NCBI GenBank assembly: GCA_040399265.1
Contig: JBBASO010000003.1
Coordinates: forward strand, 17,040-81,039
Source of the DNA: Prochlorococcaceae cyanobacterium
Lineage (GTDB): Bacteria; Cyanobacteriota; Cyanobacteriia; PCC-6307; Cyanobiaceae
DNA length: 64,000 nt
Reading direction: 5' to 3'
Part shown: one piece after another, positions 56,449-64,000 of the stretch
Layout of the letters: every line of letters begins with the position of its first letter
How positions within the stretch are numbered: the stretch's first letter is position 1
The notes under the pieces: model-generated
The model's database searches: none
Told to the model about the DNA's origin: nothing
Seen by the model: the letters and a program-made list of their open reading frames with translations, nothing else
Translations under genes and position numbers: made by a program

Positions 56449-58179
56449 GTGCTCCGACTTGAACGCATCGGCAAGATCTATCCCACCGGGGAAGTACTAC
56501 GCGATGTCACCTGGGAGGTGAAGGGCGGCGACCGGATCGGCCTGGTGGGCGTGAACGGCGCCGGCAAGTCGACGCAGATGCGGATCATCGCCGGTCTGGA
56601 GGAACCGAGCACCGGCACAGTGGTGAAGCAGGGTTCACCTCGGATCGCCTACCTGCAGCAGGAATTCGACGTAGATCCCAGGCGCACTGTGCGTGAGGAG
56701 CTGTTCCAGGCCTTCGGTGAGGCCGCCGAAGTCCTGAACCGCAAACACGCGGTGGAGCAGGCGATGGGCAGCGAGCGGGCCGCCAGCGATGCCGAGCACC
56801 TGGAAGACCTGATCCACGAGCTCGGCGGCCTGCAGGAGCGCTTCGAAGCGCTGCACGGCTACGAACTCGACGCCCGCATCGACAAACTGCTGCCCACGAT
56901 CTCCTTCACGCCCGAGGGAGCCGAACAGCTGGTGGCCGACTACTCCGGCGGCTGGCAGATGCGCATCGCCCTGGGCAAGATCCTGCTGCAGGAGCCGGAT
57001 CTGCTGCTCCTCGACGAGCCCACCAACCACCTCGATGTGGAGACGATCCAGTGGCTGGAGAGCTACCTGCTCGAGCAGAGCACCGCCATCGTGGTGATCA
57101 GCCACGACCGCACCTTCCTCGATCGGGTCTGCACCCAGATCGTGGAGACCGAGCGCGGCATCTCCCGCACCTACCTTGGCAACTACAGCCAGCACCTGGA
57201 GCAGAAGGCCCTCGAGCGTGAGGCCTCCCTGGCGGCATTCGAGCGCCAGCAAAAGGAACTCAGCACTCAGCAGGCCTACATCGACCGTTTCCGCGCCAGC
57301 GCCACCCGCTCCACCCAGGCCAAGAGCCGCGAAAAGCTGCTGGAGAAGGTGGAGCGGATCGAGGCGCCGGTGGAAACCGTGGGCGGGCCACGCTTTCACT
57401 TCCCCGAACCGCCCCGCTCCGGCCGGCTGGTGGCTGAGGTGAAGGATCTCACCCTCAGCTATGGCGAGCAGATCCTGTTTCTCGGCGCCCAGCTGGAAGT
57501 GGAGCGAGGCGATCGCATTGCCTTCGTGGGTCCCAACGGCGCCGGTAAATCCACCCTGCTGCGGCTGATCATGGGATTGGAGCAGCCCGATGAGGGCTTT
57601 GCGGGCCTGGGCGAGCACAACGTGATCGCCGGCTATTTCGAGCAAAACCAAGCTGAGGCTCTCGATCTCACCAAAACCGTGATCGACACGATCTTCGAGG
57701 TCGTGCCCGACTGGACCCAGACCCAGGTGCGCTCGCTGCTGGGCAGCTTCTGCTTCTCGAACGAGAGTGTGTTCAAGGAGGCCGGCAAACTCTCCGGAGG
57801 AGAGAAGGCGCGGCTGGCCCTGGCCCTGATGCTGCTCAGCCCCTGCAACCTGCTGGTGCTTGATGAGCCCACCAACCACCTCGACATCCCCGCCAAGCAG
57901 ATGCTTGAGGACGCTCTGATCGCCTATGAGGGTGCCGCCCTGGTGGTGAGCCACGACCGGTACTTCATCAGCCGGGTGGCCAACAGGATCGTGGAGCTGC
58001 GCGACGGCGAATTGGTGCTCTACCGGGGTGACTACGCCTACTACCAGGCGAAAAAACGCGAGGAGAGCGAAGCCGCCCAGTCCGCCGCCGCGGCGGACGC
58101 GCGCGCAGCCAGACAGGCCGCCAACCGCCTCAAGCAGAAGGACAAGCAGAAGGCCAAGCAGCAGGGTGGCAAAACCTGA
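56449..58179 (+). CDS. ABC-F family ATPase (translation-associated, no TM domain)
   Basis: Two ABC cassettes: GVNGAGKST / LSGGWQMR and GPNGAGKST / LSGGEKAR. Basic coiled C-terminal tail. I chose the GTG at 56449. Confidence 0.9.
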   Translation: MLRLERIGKIYPTGEVLRDVTWEVKGGDRIGLVGVNGAGKSTQMRIIAGLEEPSTGTVVKQGSPRIAYLQQEFDVDPRRTVREELFQAFGEAAEVLNRKHAVEQAMGSERAASDAEHLEDLIHELGGLQERFEALHGYELDARIDKLLPTISFTPEGAEQLVADYSGGWQMRIALGKILLQEPDLLLLDEPTNHLDVETIQWLESYLLEQSTAIVVISHDRTFLDRVCTQIVETERGISRTYLGNYSQHLEQKALEREASLAAFERQQKELSTQQAYIDRFRASATRSTQAKSREKLLEKVERIEAPVETVGGPRFHFPEPPRSGRLVAEVKDLTLSYGEQILFLGAQLEVERGDRIAFVGPNGAGKSTLLRLIMGLEQPDEGFAGLGEHNVIAGYFEQNQAEALDLTKTVIDTIFEVVPDWTQTQVRSLLGSFCFSNESVFKEAGKLSGGEKARLALALMLLSPCNLLVLDEPTNHLDIPAKQMLEDALIAYEGAALVVSHDRYFISRVANRIVELRDGELVLYRGDYAYYQAKKREESEAAQSAAAADARAARQAANRLKQKDKQKAKQQGGKT

Positions 58180-58280
58180 GGAGCACCGGGCCGCCGCGCC
58201 ATGACTTCATGGGGCTCGCCGCAGCAGCCAGGAAATCAGCACAGCCCGGCGGAGCGGTTGCAACGGCTACGCAAGACCTT

Positions 58281-58314
58281 GAAACAGTTTGTAGTGTGAA
58301 CCTACACCTGTTTC
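58281..58314. promoter_or_regulatory. 34-nt AT-rich imperfect palindrome 15 nt upstream of the nblA-like start
   Basis: GAAACAG-ttt-GTAG-tgtgaac-CTAC-ac-CTGTTTC. The outer 7-bp arms are perfect, and there is an inner 4-bp stem. Confidence 0.4.
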
Positions 58315-58328
58315 ATCCGGTGCCTGCC

Positions 58329-58559
58329 ATGGGCGAACCACTGAGCCTCAGCCTCGGTCAGCAGTTCGAACTCGAGCGCATGAGCCGTGCCATCGACGAA
58401 ACCGCTGATCTCTCGGCCCTGCGGGGCATCGCCAAGCAGTTGTTACAAGCTTGGCAGAGCCAGAAGGCAGCCACCCAGTGGGTGTTGCGCCAGCAGCTCG
58501 GTGCACCGGCCGCAAACGATCAACGCCCTGACATCGCCACGGGCACCACCGGGATCTGA
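58329..58559 (+). CDS. nblA: NblA-like phycobilisome degradation protein
   Basis: Internal ATG of ORF 58209..58559. [55 protein letters not shown] matches the LSLEQQF...helix-helix pattern of NblA. Confidence 0.6.
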   Translation: MGEPLSLSLGQQFELERMSRAIDETADLSALRGIAKQLLQAWQSQKAATQWVLRQQLGAPAANDQRPDIATGTTGI

Positions 58560-59647
58560 ACCGTTTGGCCGCCGCGGCTTACGGTCAGCCGCAACGTGCC
58601 CCCCACACCTGTCCGTTCAACGGCTGTGATCAGATCGGCGGGCTCGTCCAGGCGAATCCCATCGGCGCTCACCACCACATCACCCTGGCGCAACCCTGCC
58701 TTCTGGGCCGGTCCCGTCGACGAAACCGAGGCGATGCGCACCCCCCGAACAGGGCCTCCAGGCTCGGTGCGTACCGGCTCGAGAGTGACCCCGATGATCG
58801 GATGGTTCACCCTGCCTGTCGCCAGAAGCTGCCCGGCGATCGTCCGCGCCCGGTTGATCGGGATGGCAAAACCCAGCCCCGCCCCCGGTCCGGTCCGCAC
58901 CAGTGTGTTGATACCGATCACTTCTCCCTCGGCGTTGAGGAGGGGGCCCCCGGAGTTTCCCGGATTGATGGCGGCGTCAGTCTGAATCAGATCCAGCCGC
59001 TTGCCGGTGATGCCGAGCTTGGCGGCATTGCGGTTCAGATTGCTGATGATGCCGAGGGTGACGGTGTTGTCGAGCCCATAGGGATTGCCAACGGCGATGG
59101 CCCACTCCCCCACCTCCAGGCGATCGGAATTGCCCAAGGGGGCCACGGGCCACGGACCGCGTCCATCGATGCGCACCACAGCCAGATCGGTGAGCCGGTC
59201 GAGGCCCACCACGCTGCCGGACACCCGCCGGCCATCCTGCAGGCCCACCGTCACCCGGTCGGTCTTCTCGACCACGTGCGCATTGGTGAGAACCAGCCCG
59301 TCGGCCTGGAACACGAAACCGCTGCCCTGACCGCGCTCCGTGCGCTGTCGCGGAGGCTGCTGTGCCTGGGACTGGGAAGGCAGCCCGAAGAACTGACGGA
59401 AGAGGGGGTCCTCCAACATGGCGCTGGAAGGGGCCCTTCCACTCACCTGAACGGTGCGCTCAGTGTCGATCGTGACGACGGCAGGCCCCGCCCGACGCAC
59501 AGCGGCCGCCACAAACGACTGACGGGAAATCGCCACGGCCGCGGCGGAGGCAGCCCTCGCCGGCCCAGGCCCTTGGATCGGCGCACCGAGCAAAGGCAGC
59601 AGCAGGGTTAGGTGGAGAGCCGGCTGCAGGAAGCGGTGAGAACGCAT
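58520..59647 (-). CDS. HtrA/DegP-family serine protease with a PDZ domain
   Basis: TNAHVV (His), DLAVV (Asp) and GNSGGPLL (Ser). C-terminal PDZ ([13 protein letters not shown]). ATG at 59647 gives a signal peptide. Confidence 0.9.
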   Translation of the reverse strand: MRSHRFLQPALHLTLLLPLLGAPIQGPGPARAASAAAVAISRQSFVAAAVRRAGPAVVTIDTERTVQVSGRAPSSAMLEDPLFRQFFGLPSQSQAQQPPRQRTERGQGSGFVFQADGLVLTNAHVVEKTDRVTVGLQDGRRVSGSVVGLDRLTDLAVVRIDGRGPWPVAPLGNSDRLEVGEWAIAVGNPYGLDNTVTLGIISNLNRNAAKLGITGKRLDLIQTDAAINPGNSGGPLLNAEGEVIGINTLVRTGPGAGLGFAIPINRARTIAGQLLATGRVNHPIIGVTLEPVRTEPGGPVRGVRIASVSSTGPAQKAGLRQGDVVVSADGIRLDEPADLITAVERTGVGGTLRLTVSRGGQTVQIPVVPVAMSGR

Positions 59648-59794
59648 GCGGCTGGTGAGCGTGCGGGAATGACCGTAGACACTGCCGGGCCTGGTTGACA
59701 GGTCGGTTGTCCCGACCTCATTGCGCCGGGCTTCGGTCGCGCCGGGCAATGATGGAATCCGCCGCTGCTCTCAGCTCTCCAGCGGGCCCTCGCC

Positions 59795-60073
59795 ATGAAC
59801 GCCCTGCTCTCCCAGATCTTTCCGATCCTCTATGGCGCCTGCTTCCTGGTCTTGCTGTGGCAGGCGTTCCGGGTGATGGGCAGAGGCTTCGGCGCTGTTC
59901 CCCGCCCGGGGGACCCTGGCGGCGGCGGCAACCGGCGGGATCGTACCGGCCAAGTGACGATCCATCCGGAACTGCTGGACGCCGATGGGCAGCTGACGCA
60001 GGAGGATCTGCTCACAGTGCGATTCGGGGCCGAGGACGGTGAGGGCCGCCCCCCCTTACCCCCCACTGAATAG
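59795..60073 (+). CDS. DUF2973-like small membrane protein
   Basis: One N-terminal TM helix, then HPELLDADGQLTQEDLLTVRF, which I associate with DUF2973. Confidence 0.55.
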   Translation: MNALLSQIFPILYGACFLVLLWQAFRVMGRGFGAVPRPGDPGGGGNRRDRTGQVTIHPELLDADGQLTQEDLLTVRFGAEDGEGRPPLPPTE

Positions 60074-60112
60074 GCTCAGAACTGAGTCCATGTTTTCAGG
60101 GGGAGAACCGAA

Positions 60113-60496
60113 TTGGATCAACGCACGCGAATCGTGGGCGCGGTCCTGCGCAACATCAAGCTGCCGCCCCGGTTTCGCCTCCGGTTGGTCAAGGAAGACC
60201 CCGTGCGTCTGGAGTTGAGTCTCACGCCGGCCTACGGCAAGGAGCCGCTGCTGGTGGGGCTGCTGGAGTCGCAGGATCTGGTGGCTCGCCGCGATCGGGA
60301 AGGCCGCATCCCGCGGGATCTGCAGGGCACCTGGGACTGGACGGTGCGCCACGGCAAGGTGAGCACGGGCGGCTGGAATCCCTATCTCAAGGAAGCCCTG
60401 CAGACCATGTTCGAAACGGGGCTGCCGGCGATCGTCTACGAAGAGCTCACCGGCGAGGCCTACCACCCGGTGGATGGGGTCAGGCACGTGCGCTGA
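60113..60496 (+). CDS. Conserved-looking hypothetical protein (127 aa)
   Basis: TTG start (GTG 7 codons downstream is also possible). Strong coding codon bias. No family recognised. Confidence 0.55.
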   Translation: MDQRTRIVGAVLRNIKLPPRFRLRLVKEDPVRLELSLTPAYGKEPLLVGLLESQDLVARRDREGRIPRDLQGTWDWTVRHGKVSTGGWNPYLKEALQTMFETGLPAIVYEELTGEAYHPVDGVRHVR

Positions 60497-60503
60497 GCGG
60501 CGG

Positions 60504-63032
60504 ATGCGGCCGGTCCTGCCGATCGATGCCCTTCTGCCCCTGGTGAGGCAGGAGATCGCTCCATCCGGTTCCACCCTGCTCCTGCAGGCGCCTCCTGGCG
60601 CCGGCAAGACGACCCGGGTGCCAATCACGGTGCAGCAGGCGATTGACGGCTTGGTCTGGGTTCTGGAACCGCGGCGGATCGCCGCCCGCACCGCGGCGCA
60701 GCGCATGGCCACCGAGCTGGGGGAACGGCCTGGTGAAACGGTCGGGTACAGCGTCCGTCTCGAAAGCCGGGTTAGTGCAGCTACCCGGATTGAGGTTCTC
60801 ACCGAAGGGCTGTTTCTGCGGCGGCTGCAGGCCGACCCTGCTCTCAGCGGCGTGGACTGCCTGATCTTCGATGAATTCCATGAGCGCCACGCTGATGGGG
60901 ATCTGGCGCTGGCGCTGGTTCGTCAGGCCCGCGATCTGGTACGTCCCGACCTGCGGCTGGTTGTGATGTCTGCCACCCTGACGATCGAACCGCTGGCGCA
61001 GCAGCTGCCGCAGGCCCGGCAGCTGACCAGCGAAGGGCGCGCTCACCCCGTGGCCGTGGTGTATCAGGTTCCCAGAGCAGCAGAGCCCTTGGCTCAACAG
61101 GTGGTTCGGGCGCTTGAGGAGCACTGGCTCGATCAGCACGGCCCCGGGGACTGCGCGCTGGTGTTCCTGCCGGGCCTCGGCGAGATCCGCAGTTGTGAGC
61201 GACGGCTGTTGAGCTGCCCATGGGGCGAGAGCCTGGAGGTGATGCCCCTGCACGGCAATCTGTCGCTGGCTGAGCAGGCCCGGGTGATCGCGCCGGCACC
61301 CGGCCGATCCGGGCGCGTGGTGCTGGCCACTGGCATCGCCGAGAGTTCGCTCACGATCGCCGGGGTCAGCCTGGTGATCGACAGCGGGCTCAGCCGACGC
61401 AACCGCTTCGATCCCGCCCGGGGGCTCGATGGCCTAGTGACCGTGCCGTCGAGCCAGGCCAGTGCCGAGCAACGGGCCGGCAGAGGGGGGCGTTTGGGTC
61501 CCGGTCGCTGCATCCGTCTCTGGTCTGCCGCTGAACAGGGGCGGCGACCCGCCCATGACACGCCGGAACTGCTGGAGTGCGATCCCTTGCCCCTGTCCCT
61601 CCAGCTGGCGGAGTGGGGGGACCCCCTCGGTGCCGATCTGGCCTGGATCGATGCGCCTCCGGCAGCGGCTCTGAAGGAGGCCCGCGCTGCGCTGGTGCGG
61701 CTGGGCGCTCTCAACTCCTCAACCGATGGCTGCCTCAGCGCTGCCGGCCGCGCCATGACCAGGCTTGGCATGCACCCCCGACTGGCGCGCCTAGTGCTCA
61801 ACGGACGCGCCCGTGGCCAGAGTCGGCTGGGCTGTGAGCTGGCGGTGCTGCTGAGCGAGCGAGACCCCCTCGATCACCGCGAGGCCGGCAGCGATCTGCT
61901 GCGCCGACTTGACTGGCTGAGGGCGCAGCCCAGCCGCCATCCCACCCGGCAGCTGCTGGAGCATTGGTGGCACCAGCTGGCGGCGCTTCCAGCGGACGCC
62001 GAGCCCCTCGACCTTGGTCCCGGGGATGCCTGCCTACCGGCTCCTGAAGATCTGGCGGCCGGGTTGCTGGTGGCTGCGGCCTTCCCGGAACGACTGGCGC
62101 TTGCCCGGGAAGGCCAGCAGGGCCGCTACCTGCTGCGCAGCGGCCGTGGCGCCGTCCTGCGCTACGAGGATCCTCTCTGCACCCATCCGGTGCTGGCGGT
62201 GGCGCATCTGGACGGCGCGGGCATGGAAGCGCGGATCCAGCTGGCGTTGCCGCTGCCGCTGGGGGTTCTGCGGGACCTGGCTCTGGAGAGCGGCGAAACG
62301 GATGTGATCGTGAGCTGGGATGAGCAGGCGTTGCGGGTGCGCTGCGAACGCAGACTGCTCCTGGGAGCACTGCAGCTCGAACGGCACCCCTGCAGCCCGG
62401 TCGCTCCGGAGAAGATCCGCCTGGAGCTGCTGGGGGGGCTGCGCCGCCACGGGCTCAGTCACCTGCCCTGGCGGCCGGCGATGCGGCAGCTGCAGCAGCG
62501 ACTGACCATGGCGCATCAGCACCGGGGGGCCCCCTGGCCCGACCGCAGCGATTCGACCATGCTGAGGGATCTGGAGGGATGGCTGGCCCCCTGGATCGAG
62601 GGCATGGCCAGCCTGGCGGACCTGCAGGGACTGGATCTGGAAGGTGCCCTCTGGGGCGATCTGGGCTGGTCGCAGCGCGCCGAGCTGGATCAGCTGCTGC
62701 CGGCCATGCTGGCCGTGCCCACCGGGCGCACGGTGAGGCTCGACTACAGCAGTGGCGAACCCGTGCTGGCGGTGAAGCTGCAGGAGCTGTTCGGATGCAC
62801 CAGCACGCCGGCAGTGCTCGACGGCGAACTGCCGGTGACCCTGCACCTGCTGTCGCCCGCCGGAAGGCCGGCAGCCATCACCAAGGATCTGGCCAGCTTC
62901 TGGGCCATGGGCTACCGGGACGTGCGCCGCGAACTGCGCGGTCGTTATCCACGTCATCCGTGGCCCGAGGACGGGGCCAGCGCCACCCCCACAGGCCTCA
63001 CCAAAGCCCGGCTGCAGGCTGACGCGGGCTGA
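60504..63032 (+). CDS. hrpB: ATP-dependent DEAH-box helicase HrpB
   Basis: APPGAGKTT, DEFHER, SATL, TGIAESSLTI and QRAGRGGR motifs. HrpB-type C-terminal domain. Confidence 0.9.
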   Translation: MRPVLPIDALLPLVRQEIAPSGSTLLLQAPPGAGKTTRVPITVQQAIDGLVWVLEPRRIAARTAAQRMATELGERPGETVGYSVRLESRVSAATRIEVLTEGLFLRRLQADPALSGVDCLIFDEFHERHADGDLALALVRQARDLVRPDLRLVVMSATLTIEPLAQQLPQARQLTSEGRAHPVAVVYQVPRAAEPLAQQVVRALEEHWLDQHGPGDCALVFLPGLGEIRSCERRLLSCPWGESLEVMPLHGNLSLAEQARVIAPAPGRSGRVVLATGIAESSLTIAGVSLVIDSGLSRRNRFDPARGLDGLVTVPSSQASAEQRAGRGGRLGPGRCIRLWSAAEQGRRPAHDTPELLECDPLPLSLQLAEWGDPLGADLAWIDAPPAAALKEARAALVRLGALNSSTDGCLSAAGRAMTRLGMHPRLARLVLNGRARGQSRLGCELAVLLSERDPLDHREAGSDLLRRLDWLRAQPSRHPTRQLLEHWWHQLAALPADAEPLDLGPGDACLPAPEDLAAGLLVAAAFPERLALAREGQQGRYLLRSGRGAVLRYEDPLCTHPVLAVAHLDGAGMEARIQLALPLPLGVLRDLALESGETDVIVSWDEQALRVRCERRLLLGALQLERHPCSPVAPEKIRLELLGGLRRHGLSHLPWRPAMRQLQQRLTMAHQHRGAPWPDRSDSTMLRDLEGWLAPWIEGMASLADLQGLDLEGALWGDLGWSQRAELDQLLPAMLAVPTGRTVRLDYSSGEPVLAVKLQELFGCTSTPAVLDGELPVTLHLLSPAGRPAAITKDLASFWAMGYRDVRRELRGRYPRHPWPEDGASATPTGLTKARLQADAG

Positions 63033-63117
63033 GCCCAGAGGTGAGCCCGCCGCCAGGCCCATGCGGAGCTCCTGCACGAGTTCGTGTATCCCAACCAATC
63101 CGCCCCTCTGCGCCAGA

Positions 63118-63145
63118 CTGCTGTGATCAACGGCAGTCACAGCAG
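63118..63145. repeat. 9-bp inverted repeat (CTGCTGTGA-N10-TCACAGCAG) between hrpB and xseA
   Basis: Read directly. No T-run, so terminator function is doubtful. Confidence 0.5.
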
Positions 63146-63200
63146 CAGAAGGGTTGCGAAGGCTCCACCGGCTGCGGCCGGCCACCTGGCGGAACTCCCC

Positions 63201-64000
63201 GTGAACAGCTCGGAACTCTCACGCCAGCAGCTGCCCCGCTACGACGTGAGCAGCTTGAACGGCGCCGTGGCCAACCTGCTGGATCGGGGGTTCGCGCCTC
63301 GGTTTCTGCTGGAGGCCACGGTGAGCCGCCCCCAGCTCAAAAAGGGGCACCTCTGGATGACCCTGGTCGACGAACAGGCGTCGATCTCGGCGGTGGTCTG
63401 GGCATCGCAGCTGCAGCGGCTGAACATCCAACCCACAGATGGCGATGGAGTTCTCGTGGTGGGCAAGCTCAACTTCTGGGCCAGCCGAGCCAACCTCTGC
63501 GTCCAGATCCTCGATCTGCGGCCAAGCCTCAGCAGCGTGCTGCGGCGATTTGAACAAGTGCGTGAAAAATTAGCGCCAGAGGGGTTGTTTGACGTCGATC
63601 GCAAACGGCAACTTCCCCCAACACCGGAGCGAATCGCCCTGCTCACCAGCGTGCCGAGCTCGGCGTTGGCCGACATGCTCCGCACCGCCAGGGAGCGCTG
63701 GCCTGCCACCGGCATCCTCCTGGTGCCGATCCCTGTGCAGGGAAACGTGGAAACGAAAATCTGTGAAGCGATGGTGCGGGTCAGTGAGCGTGCGATGGAA
63801 CTGGGCATCGAGGTGATCGTGCTGGCCCGAGGGGGGGGCAGCCGTGAGGATCTGGCCGTCTTTGACGGTGAAGCGCTCGCTCGCACCATTCGCGCCATGC
63901 CGGTGCCTGTGGTCTGCGGCATTGGCCATGAGGACGACACCACCATCGCCGACCTGGTGGCCGATCATCGTGCCGCCACTCCGACAGCGGCTCTGGTCAC
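63201..64000 (+). CDS. xseA: Exodeoxyribonuclease VII large subunit XseA (5-prime part, continues past the right edge)
   Basis: Absent from the ORF track because it is truncated. My translation from GTG 63201 gives ..YDVSSLNGAVANLLDRGFAPRFLLEATVS..GHLWMTLVD (OB fold), ARGGGSREDLAVFD and VVCGIGHEDDTTIADLVAD. Confidence 0.85.
   Translation, partial: MNSSELSRQQLPRYDVSSLNGAVANLLDRGFAPRFLLEATVSRPQLKKGHLWMTLVDEQASISAVVWASQLQRLNIQPTDGDGVLVVGKLNFWASRANLCVQILDLRPSLSSVLRRFEQVREKLAPEGLFDVDRKRQLPPTPERIALLTSVPSSALADMLRTARERWPATGILLVPIPVQGNVETKICEAMVRVSERAMELGIEVIVLARGGGSREDLAVFDGEALARTIRAMPVPVVCGIGHEDDTTIADLVADHRAATPTAALV

Noticed and set aside
58291-58305. NtcA site in front of the nblA-like gene.
   Set aside because: The palindrome core is GTA-N9-TAC, not the canonical GTA-N8-TAC, so I do not call it an NtcA box. 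It is kept only as an unexplained palindrome in the findings.
59694-59722. TTGACA box followed by a 7-bp hairpin (AGGTCGG-ttgtc-CCGACCT) in the htrA/DUF2973 spacer, considered as a promoter.
   Set aside because: There is no acceptable -10 hexamer at 16-18 nt spacing (TCATTG only). It cannot be supported as a promoter from sequence alone.

Overview
Visibly GC-rich (about two-thirds G+C by eye) chromosome segment of a picocyanobacterium. The Cyanobium / Synechococcus-like assignment is an inference from gene content: chlG, cpcG, a CpcS-type bilin lyase, ftrC, sufR plus sufBCDS, an nblA-like gene and cyanobacteria-typical DUF genes. I call about 62 protein-coding genes, densely packed on both strands, many with ATGA/GTGA start-stop overlaps. 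I found no rRNA, tRNA, CRISPR array, transposase, integrase, phage gene or recognisable defence island. Most long antisense ORFs in the track are GC-driven artefacts. Most of the window is ordinary housekeeping: Fe-S assembly, peptidoglycan, chlorophyll, histidine, methionine salvage, sulfate reduction, peroxiredoxins, GTPase/ABC-F/helicases. The best candidate for something undescribed is a pair of old tandem MFP-RND efflux modules (32471-42238), each ending in a translationally coupled small 2-TM protein of one shared family. Other items worth a second look: a convergent pair of distantly paralogous secreted Cys proteins (29814-30722); a decayed VapC PIN-toxin relic in a 500-bp spacer (3708-4006); a low-GC islet with a coiled-coil membrane protein (11356-12698); a Nif11-domain protein with an XQPS repeat that stops one residue after a GG motif (55870-56160); an orphan RHH regulator next to a perfect 17-nt palindrome; an nblA-like gene behind a 34-nt AT-rich palindrome; and a heavily structured cpcG-downstream spacer. 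All family names come from motif recognition by eye or memory; no searches were run. Start codons in this GC-rich DNA are often ambiguous.
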